A program made the translations under genes and the position numbers. From positions 21,700,001 through 21,764,000 of the forward strand of contig CM114271.1 in assembly GCA_050084515.1 (NCBI GenBank): a stretch of DNA of 64,000 nucleotides, written 5' to 3'. The stretch is from Blasia pusilla. Its lineage: Eukaryota. Position 1 is the first letter of the stretch, and every line of letters starts with the position of its first letter. Under the pieces are notes generated by a model. It had not been told where the DNA came from and did no database searches. It saw only the letters and a list, made by a program, of their open reading frames with translations. Positions 14,201 through 26,500 of this stretch are shown piece by piece.

Positions 14201-15295
14201 GGTGACTGCCTCTCATTTAGAGGTAGTTGAGGAGGTGGTGGACTTTCCCTTGGAGCAGGTGCTCGGGACGTCCTCCATTGAGTCATGGCATGCGGCGGTG
14301 GCAAAGTTGGTAGATATGCTAGTTAGGCCAGCAATAGAGCGAGCCATGATCTCACCAGGTATGGTGTTGTTGGATAATCGAGCAAGAGTTTTTCGGTGGG
14401 TTAGTCCCATAGGTACGGTGTACCACCCGTAGCGCGTCTTACTTGATTCGGGAGCGCAACCCTTGATGTTAGGGAAGGTGACGTGTTTGGCATTGGGTTT
14501 ACGAAAATGTGACATTGAGTGTTGTCCCTTTCAGACATAGACCTCTAGTGGGGGCGTATCACCCACGCAATACATGACTCGATAGGAGTTGGTGGTTAGA
14601 CTCGAACCAGAGCATGACTCGAATAGTGCACTCGCGCGATTACGACACTAGAAGAGTCGTATGAGGTGTTGGTAGGGAGTATAGTGTTGTATCCCCTTGG
14701 TTTCATTCTGGTTTTTTGGGAGGAGACGGTTTCTTATCGACTAGGATGGCGATCAGGTGATGGACGGATGAGCCATCTACCGATGTTGTTTGCAGGTAGT
14801 AGTGGTGGTCGACCACGTGAGGATATGGTGATCACGTTGGCAGCATTCATAGGCGATATTTGCTGATCATGAGGGTTCGGGGAGAGGGGCACACATGCGA
14901 AGGACATTCTCGTAGTGGATAGTCCCACAGAGAGACATGCCAAGAAGGGTGTCTCTTCCCATGGTGCGGAGCTTCATTATTATTATTGGGGATGAGCGTT
15001 GAGATGCAAGGAGTGCACATGAGCTTCTGAGGCAGGCGTGGAGCCGTGGTTACGATTGGAGCAGGGTACGAGAGTATTAGATCTCTTCAACGGGATCAAA
15101 GGCAGGTTGCTACAGTGTGGCAGTATTGTAGGGATGACGACACCAATGGTGCTAGATGTGTATAGCTAGGAGATCATGTCAGGGACATATGTGTATGCTA
15201 TCTAGAGTTAGGGGGACCCAACTGCCAGCTAGGGGGGCGGTTGTGGGGTCCTAGTGTATATGCATGAGTATGTTTCATTTATGTGTAGATCTATC

Positions 15296-15656
15296 CGTCC
15301 AACCCTATATAAGGAAGCAAGATGGCTTTTCCAAGCCATCTTTCTCATGTTGAGCCTTAGGAGCGATTCTCTTGCATAGACATGTGTGAGTGTGTAGGAG
15401 TTATGGTGCTAGCGTCCAGATTCTCTCATAGCGGAGTATGGATGTGGTTCGATATGATGATGTAGATTCATGAGTGGAGTTTTAGGCCGTGTGAGCCGTT
15501 TTTACTACTTGATTTTGTTGTGGGATCCTAGTGTATATGCGTGAGTATGTTTTATTTATGTGTAGATCTACCCATATGTTGGGGAAGATTGGTGTTGTAT
15601 GGCGTATAGATGTGACCAGCGATGTGGGTTGTGTAGCGATGTGTATGAGCACGACA
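15296..15656 (+). repeat. LTR family A fragment
   Basis: Homologous to 10895-11245; ends agcacgaca. Confidence 0.7.
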
Positions 15657-15680
15657 TGTTGGATATCATAATAGTGTATA

Positions 15681-17030
15681 GAGGAGGGTGTTAGAGTATT
15701 AGATCTCTTCGCACGGATATGCACGCAATAGGTTGCAATATTGTAAGTACGCATAAGAGTGGGTTAGTATCTTTATGTGGAGCGAGACGAGATCATATGA
15801 TTAGTCTCATTGTGCCATGTAGCAAGGTTGGTCTAGAGGTATCTTGACTTATTTCTCATATTTGCAGTACGGGAGGTATTAGCATGAACTACCCGCCAAA
15901 ATTTTTTTGTTAGGGGTACATGACCTAGATAGGGTTGGCATGATTTTTTTGGTGATTGCTAGATGGCCATGTCAAGGTCATTCATCGGCTGGTTGAGGGT
16001 TGGGATTGCAAGATTCAAGGTTAGGGGTATTTTGGGAGATGTTGTGACTATTACAATACTTGCAAGAGACTCAAACTTGTTCTCTAGCATACATTTTGAA
16101 GAACGTACCATTGTTGGGAGACTCTCGTGCACGAGTGGCCACGAGAGTGTATCAGGTGAGTTCGTGGTTGGGACTTGTCATATTGTTGGATGGGTCGAGA
16201 GTTGGATCGTGCGCACATTGTCCATAGTTGGGGTGGAAAGACTTTCTACCATGAGAGGTAGCGAGGCAAGCTTATGATGGAATTCAGAGAGCACCACACT
16301 TGAAAGTGGATATTATCTTAGGTCTACGACATTGGTCTTAGGTGGTCACACGAGATATGAGACCACTATTGGCGATAGCTAATAGGATGGGGGAGTTGAA
16401 GGTAGCCTTACCTATGTTGGTGAGCTTCTCAACATCCCATGCCTTTCATTAGCAAGGTTGCACAAAAATGGACAAGTTTGTCCATGGGATGGACATGCCG
16501 AACGGGTCCTCCATCCACGCTCGAGCCCCACTATGAGCCCACTAAGCTCATAATATAGACTCGGGCTGGACAAGATCGCAACTCGTTTTGTAGCCTGCAT
16601 GATTCCCACAAGGTGGGCTGCGCTACGCGTGCCCTAAGCCCTCCCTACTCAGCCCTCATGCCCATCCTGAGCGAGCTTGCCAAGGGCTACAAAATAAGTG
16701 TGGGCTCGGCCATCCCGGGTCTAACTTATGGGCTTGACGGGGTCGGGTACAAACCGCGGATATCGTGGTCCACACACACATGTCCGTCCTAGGGATGGTC
16801 ACTAGTCCGTAGACACAAACTTTTTCCATGTGCAACTTTATTCATCAGGGAGGGCCAAGCATGATATGGGATGAGGAGACCCGAGCATTAGAGGAGGCCA
16901 CTGTGGTTGAGTGCGAGTGTGCCATGGGGTTTGCTATGGATCCTACAACGGTACTAGACGTGATAGAGGCATTACGGAGACAAGTGTTGGGGTAGGTGAT
17001 GAACCTCAACTATCTCACATGGATAGTTAG
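15681..17030 (+). pseudogene. Gypsy-borne DNMT3-like C5-cytosine methyltransferase domain (motifs I-X), pseudogenised
   Basis: Manual translation gives motif I GVRVLDLFARI...YLYVERD (15687-15789; a second motif I, RVLDLFNGI, at 15071), motif IV LVIARWPCQGHS (WPCQG 15964-15978), motif VI YILKNV (16090-16107, ENV to KNV), motif VIII LLDGSRVGSCAH, and motifs IX/X ECECAMGF...RRQVLG after the MITE. Confidence 0.85.
16453..16840. mobile_element. hAT-type non-autonomous element (MITE), 388 bp
   Basis: Imperfect TIRs caaggttgcaca / tgtgcaacttta; 8-bp TSD ttcattag (16445-16452) / ttcatcag (16841-16848); the empty site is visible in the homologue at ~7266. Confidence 0.8.
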
Positions 17031-17241
17031 ACTAGATATGGATGAGAAGAGGCAGATGTGAGTGTTATCTGCATCATCACGTCTACAAGTTAGTGCATTG
17101 CCTATAAGGTCCGTAGAGACATTGAAAGGGGGTGAGACGAGGAGAGATAGGCACTCATGGACTTCCTGGGACGTCGTTCGAGCATAGAGTGCGGAGGCAG
17201 CTAGAGTAGCACATATGCATTTTTTCTAGTGTGGAGCATGA

Positions 17242-18244
17242 TGTCGGGACCCTCATGACCAAACGAGTGCCAAAGCGGAACATCGGAACATTAGCGGGCG
17301 CATGCTAAGATGGTTTGCGCGTTGGAGTGGTCTCGAAGAAGAGACAAGAGACAAGATGCAAGCGAGGCTTCGCGTTTAAGATGTTGTGTTCGCGACTGAG
17401 AAACTTGGACCAAACGCGGAACAAGAATTGAAAGGAGTTGAGTCTAGAAAGTGGGTTGCCAAAGAAAGGAATCCGGATTTGGGACGCCATTAGCGTTTGA
17501 GAGTTTTGAATGTATTTATGGCCATAACTTTTAGCGCCAAGATGCGTTTGGATTGAAAAAGGGTGCGTTAGAAGGCTTATGGAAAGCAGGTTCAAATGCA
17601 CTAAAGATCTTTGCAAACGCATAAGCAGTGGCTGAGAAACAACCCGGAAACGACTGTAAGTAGAGTCGGGTTGAGGGCCACAATGAAGGGCCCGACCCTC
17701 CTTTCCCAAAGGTGGGGCGTTATTGGAGAACCCCAGAAGTACTAGTAAGGGGAAAGGTCTCCAAGAGTGCTTGGAACTCGAACCCCACTTTGGGCGCCAC
17801 GGGGCGGCTCAAGGGCATGGAACGGATCGAGAGTTTGGGGTTGGGTTGGAAAACCTGAACCAAGTCTATGGAGGCGATTTTAGACGTCCCTCTTGAATTT
17901 CACTCTGCGACTCAATTACTTGGGTCTCGGTTTGGAACTCACACGAGGTCCGTTGAACAGTTGGGATCGCTAGGCGCGCAAGTGCCGTTTTAGGTTCCTG
18001 GACTAATCAGGAAGTATGTTCCAAGTCTTGAAGGACTTACCATGTTTTAGAAACTAGGAAGTAAGGAAGGTTGAGCTTGATGAGACGCCGAGTTGAGAAC
18101 TCGGTGGGTTGGAACGCTGGTTGGCCCAGACCCGACTAAAGAGAGTGCGTGTTTGGGTGCAGATCCGCGATGAGATTGTGTCCTACTGAACGTAAGCTTC
18201 CGCAACAATAAAGATTGACTTTCAAGGAGAGTAGGGGCACGACA
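17242..18244. repeat. Solo LTR, family C (~1.0 kb)
   Basis: TGTCG...CGACA termini; homologous along its length to 49334-50365. Confidence 0.85.
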
Positions 18245-21200
18245 GACTAGGTATGGATGAGAAGAGCCAGATGTGAGTGTCATCTGCATCGTCACGTCTA
18301 CGAGTTAGTGCATTGCCTATAAGGTCCATAGAGACATTGAAAGGGGGGTGAGACGAGGAGAGATAGGCACTCATGGACTTCTTGGGACGTCGTTCGAGCA
18401 TAGAGTGCGGAGGTAGCTAAAGTAGCACATATGCATTTTATCTAGTGTGGACCATGATGTGGGAGGTCAGAGTGGGATGGTTGTAGCAGAGGTGGCTGAG
18501 GTTGCTACTACATTGCAACCAAAGCTAGAGGTCTCGTGATGGGTCTCGAGTTAACAAGAGAAGAGAGGCGAAAAATACATAGGTTCTTGAGTGGGCATAT
18601 GGGTTGTTTTGCTTTCAGTATGAGAGACTTGGGTACTTTGAAGGGTCTCAAGATACGAATAGATTTGGCTAGTGATACACCGATCTTTTGTCAATCCTAC
18701 ACATATTTCGACATAGAGAGAGCCTTGATTTAGAGTAGGAGTTAGAACTTGTAGGAGGCAAGATTGGTGGAGTTATCGCATGGGGATTATGTATGTGCCA
18801 TAGTCATTCGACGAAGAAGGATATGTATGGTAACCGGGCAGATAGGCGGATGTGTGGAGATTTTTGTCTTATCAACTGACACATGAGGTTAGATGGATAC
18901 ACCATACCTACTCATGCCGAGATATTTGATGCGGCAAGGGACGCAAATATTTTCAGTACTTTCGATGTCTATCAAACGCGTTTTGACTTGATCTGTTGGA
19001 TTTCTTGTACTAACGGTTCCATTATTGATGAAGCAACTAAAATCAAAATTAAAATACGCGGAGAGATATGAGAGGGACAAGTTTATTTAGTGATATTTAG
19101 TGAAGTGGAAGTTTTTAACAAGCATATTTATATTATTACCGGAGAACACCTTTTCAAACTCGTCTACTTTTGACCTCTGCAGTTCCAATCAATAGAATTG
19201 TCTTTCCTATTGAACTAATTAAAAAATTAAAAATTGATTCAAACTAACAATTGAAAAATTTGAAAAGTAATTATCATTTTAGAAGGTAATTTAAATCTAT
19301 TGGGTATTACGATACTTTCCCTATTTACTTACAACTAGTGAGGTGTGCTCTGCAAGTGTAGATTTCAAAATCTCCATCATTAACTCTCTTCAACCATACA
19401 CGATCATAAAAATGAAAAATGTCATACTTTAGGGCGGCACGAAGAAGAAATAATTCGAACTTAATGGACACGTGTCGAATGGGGAGGAGGGTATGAATCG
19501 AGAGGAGGTTCGCTAATAATAATATAGATTATTAATTTAATATCTCTCCCGGTAACTCTTGTCCCAAATTTTTGTTAGGAAGTACAAAGGACATGGCCGT
19601 ATGTACTATACGGTGAACAAGAACCGTATAAGACCGTACGGATGATTTCTGCCGGCCGAATGTACGGATGATATCGAACATCACATGATTTCACGTCGAG
19701 GACACATAGTCGAGGACACCAAATGGTTTCACACTTTCACTTCTCCAGAATTATTGCGTCGACAAGTGACACGCTTGAAACAAAGAAATGTCTTTTCGCC
19801 CGATTCCACTGGAGACAATGAAAACCAAGTGGAAAGTAAACGTGTTTCAAACTTGGGACTTCAGCCCATGGGGCATCGCATCACACATTTTGCCAACTTC
19901 TGGGGGATTCCTATGAAAACTGGCGCGAGAGGTAGATTCTCTCGCGCCTTGGATTTTTGGGTAATAGAATCGTTTCGACTCCATGAAATACTCCGCAAGA
20001 GTTCAGGTTTGTAGTGAGTGATCATGATCCGATCTTCCCCTCGCTCAAATTGCATGATGAAACTACAGTAACCTGAGCAAGAAGAATCGTTCGTCTGAGA
20101 CAATTAACACACCAACGATATTCTGTGGTTAGACAAACGAATCTTTCAGAACTACCGGTGGTAACTTGTAAGGTAAGACCCTGGGTCCTGACTCTCTGTT
20201 CTTCGGTGTAGTAGAGAAAACTGTGTCTTGTAGTGAAACAGGTACTATGGCAGTTATTGATGAACACTACCGGCGTGACATCTCATTTATTGTCTTCTAC
20301 CAAGCCCTCCAACAAATCCGATGAATTATTTACCAGGTCAATATCCTTCTAGCCAACTGGTCAGTCGTGTATGCAAGAGAACGGGTTGAAATCGAATTCC
20401 GAATCCAAAAATCCAGCAACTACTATTTCTTCCAAATTTTCGACGGGTACGAACGCACCAACAAAATAAGCGCAGGACATTTCCAGGTCAGCGAACAACG
20501 CCAAAGAGCATGGCAATGGCCCTGGAAGGCTGGAATCACAACGATGGCATCTTTTGGCCAACATTCTTCATCACAACTCTCAATGTTAGCCATTTATGAA
20601 AACAACCTTATTCATAAACGAACGATAAGAATGTGAGAAGCAGTGATAAATTGCAGATCAGACACTCGACACATTGACTGACTCTAGAGCACGGTTACAA
20701 ACGATCGTTTTCCCCACTTAGACTTAAGATTCAAACAATGAGCTGTGTCAAAGACAGCCTTTATCCAAATAAGTGACTACTGCGATTATGCGTCGCACCA
20801 ACTAAAGGGGGAAAGCACTCATACATAAAGGAACTTACAAATCCGCCGCGAATCAGCTCCATCGTGAAGGATGACAACCCGTGCACGAGTGAACTAGTGT
20901 TGCGAACGGAGTGGATGGGCAAATTGGATCGGACCCCGCCTGCCCTTTATCTTTCGATGACCTGTCAATCTATTCAATTCCAAAAGTGAACCGTTCGGCC
21001 AGTTATGACCTGTAATTCGTTTCCCCGGTTTGTAAAGAAGCAATAACCATGCATGGTATTCAAGACCCGATCCGTTCTTCGCTCCATAATCCGTCTGGAA
21101 GCCAGGTGGACGAAAGATCAGAGCTCGCCTGTTCAACTGGTCATTTACTAAACTGACCCGTTATTCAGTTGTCACCCTCGTTTCCTTTGCTTAGGTAGCC

Positions 21201-21379
21201 TCTACGCCTTAACTAAGTTACGACTCGATCGGATACGGCAACGCACGCAATCCCACTGGAGGGGAAGCTGATATACGATCCATCCGGCAAGGCCATCCTT
21301 TTGATCAATAGCCCGCTGCAAAATCCGTTTGTGGCCGCCTATTGTATTTGTAGTGCGTCTGCCGGCTTCCGCTTTCGAG

Positions 21380-23056
21380 TCATATTAGGGCGTCTCATAC
21401 AGCCCGACATAGGGGTCGCGACGTCCCTCTCCGCCTTTGACCGTAAATGTTGACAAGCCATTCAAAGTAAATAGTAGGGCGTCTCATAAGCGAATCGGAC
21501 CGTTTTCATCATGTGCCCTCGGAAGTAGACGTTCACCTCGGGCCGGACGTCCAAGACTAAACAAGCTGTAGGGTAAATTGGTATATGGTCAGATATTATC
21601 TGACCATATACCAATATGGTCAGATAGATATGGTTTGTGTACGAGAGCGTCTCATAAACAAGCTGTAGGGTAAATTGGTATATGGTCAGATAATATCTGC
21701 CGATGCCATATGAGGTAGACGCTCACTTTTTTTAGGCAGGACGTCCAAGATTAGTGTGTATCTAATAGGGCGTCTCAAGTTCTAGACGTTTAGGGTCTGT
21801 AAATTTTTTTTATGGATTTATGTCCGGTTGAATGCGGGGTGCCGGAGGAGGTGGGCGTGCACCTCTTACGGCAGGATGTCCACCTAATTTTCTCATCTAT
21901 TTAGGTCATGAGGTGTATTTTGTACGGTACCTAACAAAATTAAATGTACTTGGACGTAATCATAAGTCGTCCATTATGACCAAATACCAAGAAGATGTCG
22001 TGAGACCTACGTCCCGCATTATGATATGCTCTAATAGGCGTCTCACTTGGAGGATGTAAAATTTTTGATGTCCGTTAAACGTTTGGTGATCATAAAACAT
22101 GGACGATTTCCATTTATGGCCGAAGAACTTCACTTTTGACAATTCCATAATTTTAAGGGCGTATGGCTTAAATACACGCACATGGGACATCCGATTGTAT
22201 GAGGTGAGCGTCCACCTCCGACGGCATCCCGCACCCACGGATGGCATTTGGCCGTATAAAAATTACGATACGATCCGTTTGTGAGACACCCTAATTCACA
22301 CACCCTATAAATCACGGAATCTAATATTATGAACTTCCCCGGAATATAAATGATGAAAAGTTTAAAAAAATTGACATCCTTCAAAATGAGATGCCCTAAT
22401 GGAGAATGCATCTAGCGTGCCTCTAGCATAGTGTACCTAACTCACACGCCATAGAAATCATGGAATCTATATTATTATGGGAGATTGATTTATTGATTTG
22501 CAAACACCTCTACGTTTGACATATGACAATTATACAACAAGAAAATTTTTCACATGTTACGGACAATTTTTTTTTACATTATTAATCTCTTTCCTTCATA
22601 GGTTATACATTAACTCTTAAACATTTTTTTACATCCCATGGGCATCTTACTAATATAATAACTTTCTTGAAGTAAGTGAAAAGATTTACGTTGTCCAAAG
22701 GAGACTCCACATTAGAGAATGCGGGTGAATCGTCCGAAACGGAGCGGGACGTAGTTGGTGTGTGTCTAGCATAGTTTTTTGAGACGTCTTATTAGGGTCT
22801 CAGAAACGTATCTTAGACTCCGACGTACGAAACCATAATTCTGTGAATGGCCAAATGCTCTGCTTGCTTGGATGCGGGGTCAACTACTATGGCCCGAACG
22901 TCAAAAACATATTTGTGTGCGTTTAAGTCGCAAGCCCTCCAAGTTACGAAATCTCTCAATATAAACGTTCCTCGGACATAAATGAAAACCGTCTCTATGG
23001 TCAAGAGCTTGAAGGACGTCCAAATGTTACGGCCTCCAAGTGACACGCCCTATTAA
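21380..23056. repeat. Foldback/long-inverted-repeat element(s) upstream of KCR
   Basis: The motif (taa)tagggcgtctca is repeated on + (21385, 21474, 21763, 22032) and inverted (22282, 22387, 22780, 23041). ~21820-21882 is imperfectly inverted against ~22185-22250. Confidence 0.5.
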
Positions 23057-23512
23057 CGTCTATGTGATGGAAGTTCACGAAGACTATTCCGTCTATCGCC
23101 GTCATCAGGTGAGTGATTGAGACTGGGACGAACGAAAACAGGAAAGACACTTAATTCGAACGTGCTTCTTTGACGGGAACGCAGCCATAACGGACGGACG
23201 GAGTGTCGCAGCGTGTCCGTGTCCTGCGGCGCTGCCGCAAGCTCTGTTACGGTTTCCTTTCAGGACGGCAGATATGTTTCGATAATGTTCCTCTTCTTCT
23301 TCGCTGGGTAGAGATGGAAATGTCGTCTTTGCCGAGGTCGCTAGAGGAAGGGAGCGTGGAGGAGTGAGTGCCTGCGTGTGACTTCGAAGGAGGCAGATTC
23401 TGTAGTAAGCCGTAGAGGAGCGAGGGACGGTGATGTGAAGAGTGCGAAGCCGAGGTTGGAAGGGCAGGGATAAGAGGCGGAGGCTGAGAGTGGTGGGAAG
23501 AGGAAAAACGCG

Positions 23513-26500
23513 ATGGAGGGATCCAGTTCAGAATACGTGGTTTTGTTGATCTTCTCAGCGCTGGGATTTCTGCATGTGTTGCGTGCGGTTTCGCAATTCG
23601 CCAGATGGATTTGGGTAACGTTCTTGAGGCCTGCGAAGAAGCTGTCTAAGTATGGATCATGGGCACTGGTGACTGGCGCAACAGATGGTATCGGACGATC
23701 CATGTGCATGCAGCTGGCGCGTCAAAAAATCAATGTGGTGGTAGTCGGCCGATCTCCTGCGAAAGTTCAAGAAGTGGTGAAGGAGCTGGAGACGAAGCAC
23801 AAAGTGCAAGTGCGATCAGTGGTTGTGGATTTCACCGATGGGGATCTTAATGCTAAGATGACAGCAATTGAAAGCGCCATTACAGGCTTGGAGGTAGGCA
23901 TACTAGTGAACAGCGTCGGGCTTTCATACCCTTACGCTCGTTTCTTCCACGAGGTTGATGCGGAGCTCACTTTCAACCTCATCAGAGTCAACGTCGAAGT
24001 GACGACTCGAATGGTGCAGTTGGTACTTCCTGCCATGCTCAAGCGCAGACGAGGGGCCATTGTCAATGTTGGATCTGGAGCTGCATCGTGTCTTCCCTCA
24101 GATCCTCTATATGCACTTTACGCTGCATCCAAAGCGTATGTTCTTTTCTTTTTGAACTCCATGTCATGTCAGAGATTGAGATGATTTATTGTCTCTGTGC
24201 GTGTTCGTGTGAGAGAGAGTACTTATTAAGTAGTGCCTGTCATATCCTTACGAACATAAACCCGCCCTGGTGGGACGGTGCTAGAAACTGGGATGGGTGT
24301 TGAGAGAGGAAGAAGGTAACGGTACCACATGAGAGGACGGAGACATTTTGATGTAGTGTGAGTGCTCAGCATACATAGCGTTTGTGCGGAGCTTCGAAGT
24401 GTCAACCAAGAGGCTCTTCACAACACTCTCTATCTCACCTGATTGGTATCCCCAATACACGCTACGTACCAGTGCAGCAGCTTTAGGCAGTGAATCTTCA
24501 TTGCTGAATGTGTGGAATAGTTCAAGTGTTATCAGCTTAGCAATATGAGTATATATACGCTCTTGCTCTCTGTTTTGTGAATTTTGTCCAGGAGACCAGG
24601 AAATGACTAGAGGTTTCATCCCCGTCATCACACAAGGTGCAGAATTTTGGATGTGTTCCAATCCTGCTTTTCTTGCGGTTCCAGGGGATTGGCCCCGTCC
24701 TGAATGTGAACTTCAACCGGGTTCCTAAGTGAGGGGTTCCCTGCAATAGTTCTTAAGTTTCCCACGGAGGAAGACATTTTCATGGCTTCCTCCGTGGTGT
24801 TTTGCTGTGAGTGTTTTCCTACTCCTTTGTTTTAATGGTATCAACAAGTGGTTCTCCTCTTGTTCCCACAGTTCAGGCCCTGTAGAGAGGTTGTCCGATT
24901 GGACGGTGCATGGACTCTTGAACTTCTATTGTCGAAAATTTGGCATGCTTTACTGGGCCTCCTTTAGGTCGAAACGGTCCTTATTAACACTTTAGGATAG
25001 CTATCGGAATCCTTTACCTCCGCCACTTCAACTTGGCGATGTCAAGTCTATCCTCTGGGGGCTCTCACACCAATTTTGTGTAGAAGCCCACATCATACTC
25101 ATAATTCTTTCAGCTGCACAGCTTCAAGCCTGTCCCTCTGTTTGGTGTTGTCAATTCCTACTGCTGCACCAAATTCCAGTTAATGATGAATGGTGTGCAG
25201 AATGACAGAGCACTGTGTCATGGGCCTTCTTGAAGTCCAAGAAGAAGTACCAGGTGGGCTTCCCTTCATTTTTTGTACCCTAGAAAATCTGATGGAAGGT
25301 GCAGATGTGATCCGCACATCATATGGACAAAGACAGAAAGAGATTGTACACACTAAGTAGTGACTGTCGTAGCCTTGTGACCTTAGACCCTGCACCCTGG
25401 TTGGATGGTTCTAGAGACGGATGGGTTTAGAGAGAGGAAAGAGACTACTCATTAAGTAGTGCCTGTCGTAGCCTTGTGACCATAGACTCGGCGCCCTGGT
25501 TGGACGGTGCTTGAGACTGGGATGAGTGTAGAGAGAGGAAGAAGTGAAGAAAGTACCATATGAGAGAAGGTTGACACTCTCATATAGTGTGAGTGCTGAC
25601 CAAACAATGTATTGGTGGGGAGCTTCCAAGTGTCAACCAAGAAACTCTTCACCACACCATCTACTTTACCTGATTGGGATCCCCAATAGACTTTACTTAC
25701 CAGTGTAGCAGCTTTGGGCAATGAATCAAGGCTACTGAATGTGTTGAACAATTCTGGTGTTACCAGCTTAGCAATATCAGCATATGCTCTTGCTCTGTGT
25801 GTTGTGAATTTTGTGCAGGAGACCAAGTAATGACTAGAGGCTTCATCTCCATTGTCACACAAGTCGTAAGATTTTAGTTGTGTTCCCATCCTGCTTTTCG
25901 TATGGTTCAAGGAGATTGCCCACTCCTAAACTTGAACTTGAGCGGGGGTTCCCAAGCAAGGGGTTCCCTGCAAATAGTTCTTCAGTTCAGCCTTTTCGGG
26001 ATATACCATCCAAGAGAAAGAGGTCAGACATTTTCATGGCTTCCTCCGTGCTGTTCTGTTGTGAGCGTTTGCTCGCGGCTTTGGTTATGGTATCCACAAA
26101 TGCTTTCTCACCTTGCTCCCACAGTTCAGGCCCTGCTGGGAGCTTGGTTGCTTGCACAATCTCTTGAACCTTTTTTCGTCCAAGATTTGGCCTGCCTTAT
26201 CGGTCTTCTTTGGGTCCAAGTTTTCCCCATCACCTCTTTAGGATAGCGATGGGAGTCAATTGTCTCCAACTGCCTCCACCATTTCAACTTGGCAATGTCA
26301 CGTCTATCCTCCAAGGGGTTCACTCCGAGTTCTGATCTCACACCAACTCTGGGTGTGAGGATGCTGATGTCATACCCCGGAACGCCTTCAGCTGCACAGC
26401 TTCAAGCCTGTCCCTTGTTTGGTGTTGGCAGCCCACACTGCTGCCCCATATTCCAGCGAGGGACAAATGGTAAGCAAAATGACAGAGCGCTTTACTTCTG

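Larger units (their letters stand above)
12100..18965 (+). mobile_element. Decayed Ty3/gypsy element with domain order gag-protease-C5 DNA methyltransferase-RT, interrupted by LTR pieces, a hAT MITE and a solo LTR
   Basis: gag from 12491 (MRHFSGAVGTIDLDDF, LFQHLEGPPMDDF, CWTCSGH and CHRYGHTRDRC knuckles); protease VLLDSGAQPLMLGK at ~14435-14477; DNMT motifs at 15071-17030; RT start at 18536-18965 (RMCGDF, IFST). Confidence 0.85.

Noticed and set aside
19000-21300. Short ORFs between the gypsy cluster and KCR
   Set aside because: No recognisable motifs or consistent exon structure.
23513-24184. A 223-aa single-exon SDR
   Set aside because: The ORF reads into intron 1; the true C-terminus is in the exons at 29467 and 29771.
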